A stretch of 64,000 nucleotides of DNA from Thermoplasmata archaeon (GTDB taxonomy: Archaea; Thermoplasmatota; E2; JACPAO01; JAHFTW01). The notes beneath the pieces were generated by a model. The model did no database searches. It was not told the origin of the DNA and worked only from the letters and a program-made list of their open reading frames with translations. The stretch is from positions 1 through 64,000 of the forward strand of contig JAXDQS010000010.1 of NCBI GenBank assembly GCA_034667725.1. The letters are read 5' to 3'. The translations under genes were made by a program, and so were the position numbers. Below, piece after piece: positions 28,462-36,866 of this stretch. Each line of letters opens with the position of its first letter. Within the stretch, counting starts at the first letter, position 1.

Positions 28462-28564
28462 CGGCCGCGGAGGGATTCGAACCCTCACTCCGCACGGCGC
28501 TGCTCCCGAGGCCCTCTCTCAAAGTGCTCTCTCGGTGCGGCTCCTTCCATTAGATTACGCGGCC
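28462..28564 (-). ncRNA. tRNA-like RNA with expanded (39-nt) anticodon loop and no assignable anticodon
   Basis: Perfect acceptor GGCCGCG/CGCGGCC, T arm GAGGG-TTCGAAT-CCCTC, D-loop AATGGA, stem CGCAC/GTGCG. Confidence 0.75.
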
Positions 28565-28575
28565 ATGTTTGGGGT

Positions 28576-29439
28576 TTAGGGGAAGGGGGGAGAGTCATCG
28601 GCGGGCTTGGCAGCTTGCCGCTGCCGCCTTTCGATGGAACGTCGCAAAGTGTCAAGGAACTCCTTCAACTCGTCCACAGCTTCTACATCCGCCTTCACTC
28701 GAACCTGGAACAAGTCGGTGTTCATCACCCGCCACTCCCCACTCTCCAATGGGGGCGGTGAGGGAGCGAACGCGGGGGTCGGACCTGCGGGGGGCACGGG
28801 AGCCTGTTGCGTTGCGACCTGCGGTGGCACCGTCAATGCGGACGAAGTGGCCATGGGAACCGCGGCCGGAACAGGGCTGGCGGCTGGAAGCGTGACGCCG
28901 CGCTCATCCCGATTCAGGATTCCCGCATACGCGAGGTAGTCCAGAATGACTCGGAGCGCCGCGCCTTTCTTCGCCTTGTCAGTCTCGGCCGCCAAGGCAA
29001 ACTCGCCAATCAGGCGATCTTCTGACATGACCGGTTCAAGTCGAAGCTGCTCCATTGCCAGCTCTGCAAACCAAGTAGGCAGAAGCAACTCCTTCAGAAT
29101 CGGCTTTGCCCGAGCCTCATCCACCGACCGGGCGTTCACAAATCGAATGCACTCCGCGGTCGGCAAGTAAAGCCCACGATCCGTCGTCGTGAGGAGCCGA
29201 ATTTCCTTCAGGAATCGCACATTCATGGAAGCGGCCTGAGTTGGAATCCCCTCCCCCTCGAACTTCTCCGCAGCGACTGCCTCCTGGCCGTTTCGCGTAC
29301 GGAGAACAATCCGCTTGAGGAGGTCGAAGTGAAGCGCAAACGGGTTTCGCTCCGAAGGCAAGACGTACTTGGTGAAAACCCGAGTCCGGGGCGCCCTTGG
29401 CGCCTGTTGCGTGTCGGTAGTCGCGGGAAGCAATTCCAT
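28576..29439 (-). CDS. Hypothetical protein, probably with winged-helix DNA-binding domains
   Basis: RFLKEIRLL...GLY.PT and LRVILDYLAYAGIL segments; lower GC; stop 12 bp upstream of the tRNA-like RNA. Confidence 0.6.
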   Translation of the reverse strand: MELLPATTDTQQAPRAPRTRVFTKYVLPSERNPFALHFDLLKRIVLRTRNGQEAVAAEKFEGEGIPTQAASMNVRFLKEIRLLTTTDRGLYLPTAECIRFVNARSVDEARAKPILKELLLPTWFAELAMEQLRLEPVMSEDRLIGEFALAAETDKAKKGAALRVILDYLAYAGILNRDERGVTLPAASPVPAAVPMATSSALTVPPQVATQQAPVPPAGPTPAFAPSPPPLESGEWRVMNTDLFQVRVKADVEAVDELKEFLDTLRRSIERRQRQAAKPADDSPPFP

Positions 29440-29864
29440 GCTGGGCCTCAACCCCCCGTAGCACAAGGGGGTAAATTATCCAATCGCTGACGAGCATCCG
29501 TCGTCCAGGCCACCTGACGACTAGCCACATCAACTGGAAATCTCCTGTCAAATGCTTTCACTCGCCACGCACTCACGTTCTTTCGAGCATCAGAGCGAAT
29601 GGCCATCAAGAGAAGAAGGGTCGCAAAACTCGCCAATATTCGTCCTTTCCGGGGCATTGCATCCCCGAATCATGGTTTCACGGAAGCTGTTGAATGCTCA
29701 ACATCAAGACTCTCAGTCCAGGTCGCAGAGTTGCAAGTTTGCAACTCGTTTTCAGGTTAGCGGTTCAGCTGCGCACGAAGATCCATGGAGGGCCCAGGAC
29801 TTGTGCCCATCAAGGGCGCGCCTCTAATGCCACTCGCAAACGAGTATTGCCGGAAGCGTGGATG

Positions 29865-30944
29865 CTATTGAAGCCTGGACGACAACGGCGAGGCCCGTCC
29901 GATCTGCGCGTCCACGTCATCGAGGAACACCCGTTCCCACTCCTCCACGTCGCCCAGGTCATCAACACCACCCATGACGCGCTGGGTCGCCCCGATGCTG
30001 CGCTTGGACAGGTGCCCAAAGCTGCGGTGCAGGTTGGTGGACTGGCCGTCGCCCCACGCTCCGAGGCGGTGCTGATACTCGTAGAACCCCAGGTGCCAGT
30101 CCCGCAGCGTGAACTTGACGCGGAGGTTCTCCTTGCCGCTCTGATAGTAGAGGACCTGCTTCTCCAGACTGTAGTCCGTGAGCTTGGAGAAGTCCACCAT
30201 CTCCCGCACTTGGTAGCACAAGGCATGGTAGTAGGCCTTCCCGCCGACGGCGGGCGCCTGGACGTGGAACATGCCGCGCTTGGCGTCCGGGTCCAACTCG
30301 CGGGCATACTCCACGACCGTCTGGTCCCAGCGGTCGCGGCCCTTGCCCGTCAAGTCGTAACGCGGCACCTTGACGGCCTTGCCGTCCTCCAGCCTCCAGC
30401 CGTTGAGCGTGAGGTCCTGGTGCGGGTGGCGCTTCTCGAAGCACCGCTCCCCGAAATCCTGGTAGCTCATGCTGGCCCCCATGCCCTCGCCGTAGAGGTC
30501 CACCAAGGCCCGCCACACGACGCTTGCGAACTTCTGCACGTCCCGGCTGGCCGCCATGCCCCAGCCCGTGCCGTCCGCATAAACCGGCGCGGTTTGGACG
30601 ATGTGGATGAAGCGCGGCTTCTGGCCCGTCGGGGTGCAGCGCCCGAAGCGTTCCAGGACGCCCCAGGCCCGCCGGACCTGGGCGGCCCGGACGCACCTGA
30701 TGCAGAACGGTTCCCGGTGGCACAGGACGGGCACGATGCGGTAATGGCCAGGCCGGTCGTGCGACTCGTATTTCTTGAACTCCAGGCCGCACGTCTTGAT
30801 GGCCTCCCATTCCTCCAGGTGCTGGTCCTCGAGGAACCGCATCAGGCTCGGGTGGCGATACCAGAGCTTCCGCGTCTTGGCTCGGGCCTCCTTGATGAGC
30901 CACGGCAGGCCGGCCCGCTTGACGACGGTCGCGCGCCGCGTCAT
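29865..30944 (-). CDS. Divergent IS91-like HUH rolling-circle endonuclease (Rep/transposase)
   Basis: C..H.R..P..C.R.PFC..C Zn domain, HIVQTAP, G...YQDFG....HPHQD, YYHALCYQVR, RSFGHLSKR, colinear with IS91-family motifs. Confidence 0.7.
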   Translation of the reverse strand: MTRRATVVKRAGLPWLIKEARAKTRKLWYRHPSLMRFLEDQHLEEWEAIKTCGLEFKKYESHDRPGHYRIVPVLCHREPFCIRCVRAAQVRRAWGVLERFGRCTPTGQKPRFIHIVQTAPVYADGTGWGMAASRDVQKFASVVWRALVDLYGEGMGASMSYQDFGERCFEKRHPHQDLTLNGWRLEDGKAVKVPRYDLTGKGRDRWDQTVVEYARELDPDAKRGMFHVQAPAVGGKAYYHALCYQVREMVDFSKLTDYSLEKQVLYYQSGKENLRVKFTLRDWHLGFYEYQHRLGAWGDGQSTNLHRSFGHLSKRSIGATQRVMGGVDDLGDVEEWERVFLDDVDAQIGRASPLSSRLQ

Positions 30945-31624
30945 GGCAAGAGCCCCCGGATTGGCGGGACCTGGATTCGGATGCCGCGGCGGCGCCGGTG
31001 TTCGCGTGGGTTCTCGGCGGCCCGGTCGATATGCCAATGGAAGCTGTCGAACAGGTCGCGGGCGACTTGGCGCGGCACGGCGAAGCGGTAGGCGTGGACG
31101 AGGAGGTGGCCGTCGCAGAACGTGAAGAAGCACCGCTGGCACTCGGTGCTGCCCGGGGTGCAGGTCTTGGCCGGGTAGCAACACGCAAGGTCGGCGTTCC
31201 GCGTCGTGGGCGGGCTGCAGTAGGCCACGACGGCCGGCGGCTCCGCTTGGCGGACCCGGCCCGCCAAAACGTAGGCAAAAAGCGGGCCGGTGGCGCGGCG
31301 GGAGGTGTGCAGCTTCGCCTCGGGCTCCACGAACCGGAGCTGGTCGAGGAGTTGGCGGCGGACGCTGCGCCACGCATCCACCGGCGCCGTCAGGCGCTTG
31401 CGGTGGCTGCGCGCGTGGTCCTCGCAGTAGGCAAAGCCGCAGACGCCGCACGACCGCTCCGCTCCCTTGCAATAGGCGCCGACGGCGCACCCCTCCGGCT
31501 TCGGCTGGCGGGGCGGGAAGCAGAACACCGAGCGCACCGGCGGCTGGCGGCCCAGCTTGACGAAGTAGGGGTCGAAGCAAGTCATCCGGCGCTTCCACGG
31601 CGCGAACTCCTGGTCAGCGGCCAT
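30941..31624 (-). CDS. Tandem zinc-finger protein (AN1-like)
   Basis: Two copies of C..C..CxxC-x4-CxxH-x3-H; ATGA-coupled to the HUH gene. Confidence 0.7.
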   Translation of the reverse strand: MAADQEFAPWKRRMTCFDPYFVKLGRQPPVRSVFCFPPRQPKPEGCAVGAYCKGAERSCGVCGFAYCEDHARSHRKRLTAPVDAWRSVRRQLLDQLRFVEPEAKLHTSRRATGPLFAYVLAGRVRQAEPPAVVAYCSPPTTRNADLACCYPAKTCTPGSTECQRCFFTFCDGHLLVHAYRFAVPRQVARDLFDSFHWHIDRAAENPREHRRRRGIRIQVPPIRGLLP

Positions 31625-32231
31625 GCAGCACCGTCCAGACGAACCGACCGAACCGCCACGCCTGATCAATGACCAGGACGAGGGGAACGAAACGACGCCA
31701 CGCCCCCACGACGCGGGGAAACCGGGCGCGCACCGCCGCCAAGCGAACAAGCAAGCCCACGACTAACCCCCTGGGCGGCCGGGATGTTCGCGGACTTGCT
31801 TTTGGGCCGAGTTGAAAACCCTGCCGCATGGCAGCGTCTGGGATACTACGCACATTCGCTAGGCGACGCAACTCGGCGGGAGGCGGCACGCGACCCCCAG
31901 GAAACGCCGACTACATGGGCCCTTCGCCGCGCGCTTGAGGCGGCTGCAAACAACCGCCGGGAACTCGTCTATTGGTCCCCCTTCGGGGGACCTAATCCTT
32001 GTCCCGGCGACCACTCCATCGGCCCGCGCGGCATCATCCACGGCGCTCCATCGCCCAAGCCCGTTCGACCCGCCCGGGCGGCTGGACCGCGCTGCGCGGC
32101 GGTCCCGCCGCCGACCCGGTGTTTCGGAGCGCTCCCAAGTCTCGCAAACTGTTCCCGCTTCGGCCACACGAGTTAGAAAGGACCGCCGGAAGCCGGAGCC
32201 CGCGGCACAAGTGCCGCACGGTGCCCCCGCC

Positions 32232-34856
32232 ATGACGCGCTCCCTGTCCGTCGCCTGCCTCGCCCTGCTGGCCATGGCCGCCCTGTCCCCCGTCGTCCCG
32301 GCCTCGCAAGGCACGCCCGCGGGCGACTGCACCGTGGTCCTGTTCCTGCTGGACGACGGCGCCCGCGACCAGGCCGTGCGCCAGGCCACCTTGGCCTCCA
32401 CGCCAGGCCTGAGCCTGCTAGGACGCAGCGACGGCAACCCCGGCGGCCACCGCGACGCCGTGGCCGCGTCCCTCTGTGCCCCGGCCCTCGACCCCTGCCA
32501 AACCCTGGCGGCCTTGGACGCCGCCGCCTTCCCCACCGCCATCCTGGGCTGCGCCGGCGCCCCGGACTCCTGCACGGAGGCCTTCACGGGCGACTTGGAG
32601 CTGGCCCTGGAAGGAGGCGACTGCACCGAGCTGCCCGACCCATGCGACGAGCAGACCGGCAGCGTGGTGGACGCCTACGGCGACGGCGAGCTGGTGGCCG
32701 TGGACTTCTGCGACCCCGAGCCCTGCCTGCCGGCGGCCGTGCCCGCGTCGCTGCGCGACTCGGTAGGGCCGCCCTGCCCCGAGCCCGCCGTGTGCCTGCC
32801 CGTGGCGCCGCCCGTGGACCTGCGCGACACGCCGCCGACCTGCGAGCCTGACCCGTGCCTCGACTGCCTGCCATGCCTGGACTGCCTGCCGCCCATCGAC
32901 CCCGACGCGTGCCTGCCCGTCCCGGTGCCCGTCGTCCTGCGCGACACGGTGGGCGAGTGCGAGCCCGAGCCCTGCACGGCCTGCCCGGAGCCTTGCGACC
33001 CCGGCCTCACGCCGGAGGCGAACGGCGGGGAGCCGTGCCCGGTGCCCGAGCCCTGCGCCCAGGATGGCGGCTGCGTCATCGACGCCTGCACAGTCCTCCT
33101 TGACTTCGGCCTGCCCTGCGACCCCCTGCCGTGCCTGTCTAGCAGCCGCGGCTGCGCGCCCCGCTGCGACGTGGTGCGCCTCCACATCGACGCCCTCGGC
33201 TTCCTGAGCCCCACGACGACCCCGGACGCCTGCGAGGCCACCTGCCTCCTGAACTCGGCCTTCGCCTCCGACGAGTCCAGCATGGAGGGCCAATGCAAGG
33301 AACACGCCTGCCTCCAGCCTGCCTCAGGGACGCTGACGTTCCGGGTGCCCTACGCCTGCCTGCCGTGCTACATCTACGAGCGCGGCGACGCCATCACGAC
33401 GAACCTAAACTACTACAAGGACACCGACTGCGACCAAGTGGTGGACCGCAAGGACAACTGCGACGCCGTGAAGAACGGCCCCGACGACGGGAACGGCCGC
33501 GGCCAGACCGAGGACGCCGACCACGACGGCCGCGGCGACGCCTGCGAGACAGACGACGACGCCGACGGCGCCAAGGACCACCGCGACAACTGCCCGACCA
33601 CGCCGAACGACGACCAAGCCGACATGGACGGCGACGGCCAAGGCGACAAGTGCGACGACGACCTGGACGGCGACGGCGATGCGAACGACTCCGACAACTG
33701 CCCGAAGGTGCCGAACAACGACCAGACGAACACCAATGAGCATGGGCCGGACGCCGACGCGGAGGGCGATGCCTGCGACGATGACGACGATGGCGACCGC
33801 GACAACGACGACGTGGACAACTGTCCACGCGACTCAAACCCTGGTCAGGAGGACGCGGACGAGGACGGCGAGGGCGACGTGTGCGACACGGACTCGGACA
33901 CGGACGGCGACGGCGTGAAGGACCACACCGACAACTGCGTCGAGGACGAGAACACCGACCAGAGGGACCTAGACCGCGACGGCAAGGGCGATGCCTGCGA
34001 GGACGACACGGACGGCGACGGCGACCTGGACACGGGCGACAACTGCCCCGCCAACGCCAACCCGGACCAAGCCGACCTGGACGGCGACGGCGCGGGCGAC
34101 ACCTGCGACCCCGACCTCGACGGCGACGGCATCCCCAACGGGGGCGACAACTGCCCCCGCGACGCCAACCCCACCCAGGCCAACTACGACGGGGTGGGAC
34201 AGGGCGACGCCTGCTCGGACGCCGACCGCGACGAGCTGCGCGACGACGTGGACAACTGCCCCGGCAACCACAACCCCGGCCAAGCCGACTGGAACGGCAA
34301 CGGCATCGGGGACGCCTGCGAGGGCGGCGGCGACACCGACGGCGACGGCCTAGGAAACGACGTGGACAACTGCCCGGTGGACTGGAACGGCGACCAGCGC
34401 GACCGCGACGGCGACGGTCGCGGCGACGCTTGCGACACCGACCGCGACGGCGACGGCCAGCCGAACACGAGCGACCCGTGCCCCAACGACTATGGCAGCG
34501 GCGCCCCCTGCCCCTACGACACGGGGTCCAACGCTGATGGCGACCACGTTCCCGACTCGGCCGACAACTGCCCGACGCAACCGAACCCCGGCCAAGCCGA
34601 CACGGACGGCGACGGCGATGGGAACGCCTGCGACACGGACGACGACAATGACGGCGTGGACGACGTTGCCGACAACTGCGACGTGGAGGCGAACCCCGGC
34701 CAGGAGAACCGCTACGGCGGACGCCTCGGGGACGCCTGCGACGACTCGGACGTGGACACCGTCATCGACGCCTACGACAACTGCGTCTATGCCTACAACG
34801 ACGACCAGCTCGACACCGACGGCGACGGCGTTGGCGACGCCTGCGACAGCGGCTAA
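32232..34856 (+). CDS. Secreted Cys/Pro-rich protein with a long thrombospondin type-3 (Ca-binding) repeat array
   Basis: Signal peptide; about a dozen DNCP...N..Q.D.DGDG.GDAC units. Confidence 0.85.
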   Translation: MTRSLSVACLALLAMAALSPVVPASQGTPAGDCTVVLFLLDDGARDQAVRQATLASTPGLSLLGRSDGNPGGHRDAVAASLCAPALDPCQTLAALDAAAFPTAILGCAGAPDSCTEAFTGDLELALEGGDCTELPDPCDEQTGSVVDAYGDGELVAVDFCDPEPCLPAAVPASLRDSVGPPCPEPAVCLPVAPPVDLRDTPPTCEPDPCLDCLPCLDCLPPIDPDACLPVPVPVVLRDTVGECEPEPCTACPEPCDPGLTPEANGGEPCPVPEPCAQDGGCVIDACTVLLDFGLPCDPLPCLSSSRGCAPRCDVVRLHIDALGFLSPTTTPDACEATCLLNSAFASDESSMEGQCKEHACLQPASGTLTFRVPYACLPCYIYERGDAITTNLNYYKDTDCDQVVDRKDNCDAVKNGPDDGNGRGQTEDADHDGRGDACETDDDADGAKDHRDNCPTTPNDDQADMDGDGQGDKCDDDLDGDGDANDSDNCPKVPNNDQTNTNEHGPDADAEGDACDDDDDGDRDNDDVDNCPRDSNPGQEDADEDGEGDVCDTDSDTDGDGVKDHTDNCVEDENTDQRDLDRDGKGDACEDDTDGDGDLDTGDNCPANANPDQADLDGDGAGDTCDPDLDGDGIPNGGDNCPRDANPTQANYDGVGQGDACSDADRDELRDDVDNCPGNHNPGQADWNGNGIGDACEGGGDTDGDGLGNDVDNCPVDWNGDQRDRDGDGRGDACDTDRDGDGQPNTSDPCPNDYGSGAPCPYDTGSNADGDHVPDSADNCPTQPNPGQADTDGDGDGNACDTDDDNDGVDDVADNCDVEANPGQENRYGGRLGDACDDSDVDTVIDAYDNCVYAYNDDQLDTDGDGVGDACDSG

Positions 34857-34868
34857 GGAGGCCTGCCC

Positions 34869-35759
34869 ATGAAGCCCGCCTTCCTCATCGTCGCGGCCTT
34901 GCTGCTGGCCGGTTGCGGCGGCGACCCGGACGACCGCAAGGACCCCGCGACATGCCGCGATGACTACACGCCGGTCGGGGACACCCAGCCCGGCGTGGCC
35001 ACGGTGCCCGTGCCGGTGCGCCTCATCAATGGCCTGACCGGCGCCGGCCTCCAGTCCGTCGTCGGCGTGTGGGCCCGCGGCGACGTTCCGTCCGGCGGCG
35101 ACACGAAAGGCGAGGACGCCTGCACCCTCGCCCTGGGCAAGACCGACCTGAACGGGCGCGTGGTGCTGCACACGGCACCTGGAACGTGGCACATCATCCA
35201 CCCCGGCATCGCCACCGTGGGCAAGACGTTCTGGACGTTCGAGGTGGCGGAGAACATCACGGTCGCGGAGGGTATGGGGGAGGTGGTCATTCCCGTGTGG
35301 CCGGGGGAGCAGACGTTCACCCTAACGGGGAGTCTGGAAGGGGTGGACGCGACTGGGGACTCGGAGACTGCCCAGCGGTTCCGCTTGTTTGGGGACGCCT
35401 ACGACGAGCGCGGGAGCCTGCTTCGGATGCGCCGCCCCGGCGAGCCGGCTTCCGACATGAGCATCGGGAACGTTACGCTGGCATGGACGAACGAGCCGAC
35501 CCGCGCCGCCGACCTGGGGTTCCGCTTCTTCTACGGCGACCAGTATGCCGGCGGCTTCACGGACCAGCAGGAAGGCACCGACCTAGGACCACAGCAGGAA
35601 ACCCTGCCGGGCCAGTCGTTCGCGTCTGAAGTCCGCCTGGGGGCCCTGGCGGACGGCCTGTTCATCGAAGTCTCCGACACCGGCCAACTGCTGGCCCCTC
35701 AAGGCATCCCCTTCACCCTGACCATCACGGCCCGTTTCACCGGGCGGGTGGCGGCATGA
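34869..35759 (+). CDS. Lipoprotein, hypothetical
   Basis: LLAGC lipobox; AAGGAGG RBS upstream. Confidence 0.75.
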   Translation: MKPAFLIVAALLLAGCGGDPDDRKDPATCRDDYTPVGDTQPGVATVPVPVRLINGLTGAGLQSVVGVWARGDVPSGGDTKGEDACTLALGKTDLNGRVVLHTAPGTWHIIHPGIATVGKTFWTFEVAENITVAEGMGEVVIPVWPGEQTFTLTGSLEGVDATGDSETAQRFRLFGDAYDERGSLLRMRRPGEPASDMSIGNVTLAWTNEPTRAADLGFRFFYGDQYAGGFTDQQEGTDLGPQQETLPGQSFASEVRLGALADGLFIEVSDTGQLLAPQGIPFTLTITARFTGRVAA

Positions 35760-36067
35760 CGGCCGAACAGGTGGCGGGTCAAGGAGCGTCCCCGACGTTC
35801 TGGTCTTGGCGCAATCTCGCCGGAGGCGCCTGCGGGCTCCTGGCTGGCGTCTTGTTGGCCTTGGGCGCCGCCGAGATCCTTCTGGGAAGCTTCGGCGGGG
35901 TCGCCGGGCTGGAACTGATGGCGGGCGGCTTAGGCGCCCTGATCAGCTACCTCCTGACCTCCAAGCCGAACCTAAGCCGCCGTGCCCGCTGGGTCCTCGC
36001 CGCCGCTGCCGCCTTGGTCATCCTCGCCGTGTTCCTGGCCGTCTATGGGCCGCCCGCCTGGACCTAA
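35756..36067 (+). CDS. Small three-TM membrane protein
   Basis: Hydrophobic; ATGA-coupled to the lipoprotein gene. Confidence 0.65.
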   Translation: MTAEQVAGQGASPTFWSWRNLAGGACGLLAGVLLALGAAEILLGSFGGVAGLELMAGGLGALISYLLTSKPNLSRRARWVLAAAAALVILAVFLAVYGPPAWT

Positions 36068-36527
36068 CCCAAGGGTCGCCGGCAAGCGACGAGGAACAGC
36101 ATCGGCCCGCGCGGGTCCTCGCTACGCTGCGGGCCGCGCAACCAAAGAGGAGTGGTGTGGCGAGGGAAGCTCGCTGGCGCACCGGGGCTTGGCGGCCGGC
36201 GCCCTGGGCCGGCCGCAGCCCCTGGCATCGGCCCTGCGGGCCGGGCGGGGCCTGCCGGCCCCGCGAACGCGCCTAGGCGGCCCGTGGCCCGCCGTGGGCC
36301 CGGAACGTGGCTGGCCTTGGCTGGGGCTGGGCCCTGCCGCCCGTCCTGGCCTAGACTGGCACTCGCTTGGACCGTGGCTTGGCTCCCCTTCCGCGACCGC
36401 TCCCGGACTCGCCCGCCCCGGACCCTGCGACCGCCCGACCGGCTAGACGGACGACCGGACCCGGCTCCCGCCCGGACCTGCCACGAGCCCACGACGACCC
36501 CCGCCGCCCCGGCGAAGTGAAACGACT

Positions 36528-36826
36528 GGAACCCCCCGACCGCCCGGTTCCAGACCTCCCCCACCTCCACGCAAGGCGGCCCGCCGGCATGGCTGGCGGG
36601 CGTTCTGCCGCGCGACGAACTAGGGCAAGCAACCCATCGGCTTTCCAAGTTGAAGCGCGGGAGCATGGCATCCACGCTTGCGAGCTTTCTCTGGTGTGTC
36701 CGTCGGCCTTTAGTCCCGTCAGAGTATCCGTCCATACGGACCCTTTAGGGGGTCCGTAAGTCGGCACTAAGACGGTCTAAGCCGTCGGTCCCAAGGAACC
36801 CCCAAACCCGGTTCCAAACCTCCCCC
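36528..36826. repeat. Hairpin and direct-repeat cluster near the element's right end (candidate origin)
   Basis: GGAACC-loop-GGTTCC-ARACCTCCCCC at 36528-36562 and 36795-36826; TACGGACCC/GGGTCCGTA stem at 36735-36758. Confidence 0.6.
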
Positions 36827-36848
36827 GCCCGACAAGGAAAACGAAGGT

Positions 36849-36862
36849 TGCACCAAAGAGAG
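36849..36862 (-). repeat. Right 14-bp subterminal inverted repeat
   Basis: TGCACCAAAGAGAG on the + strand. Confidence 0.9.
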
Positions 36863-36866
36863 AGTA

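Noticed and set aside
27000-36800. Apparent CTAG enrichment in the element as a distinct signal
   Set aside because: Only a rough by-eye impression. It needs a computed tetranucleotide profile and would only confirm foreign origin.
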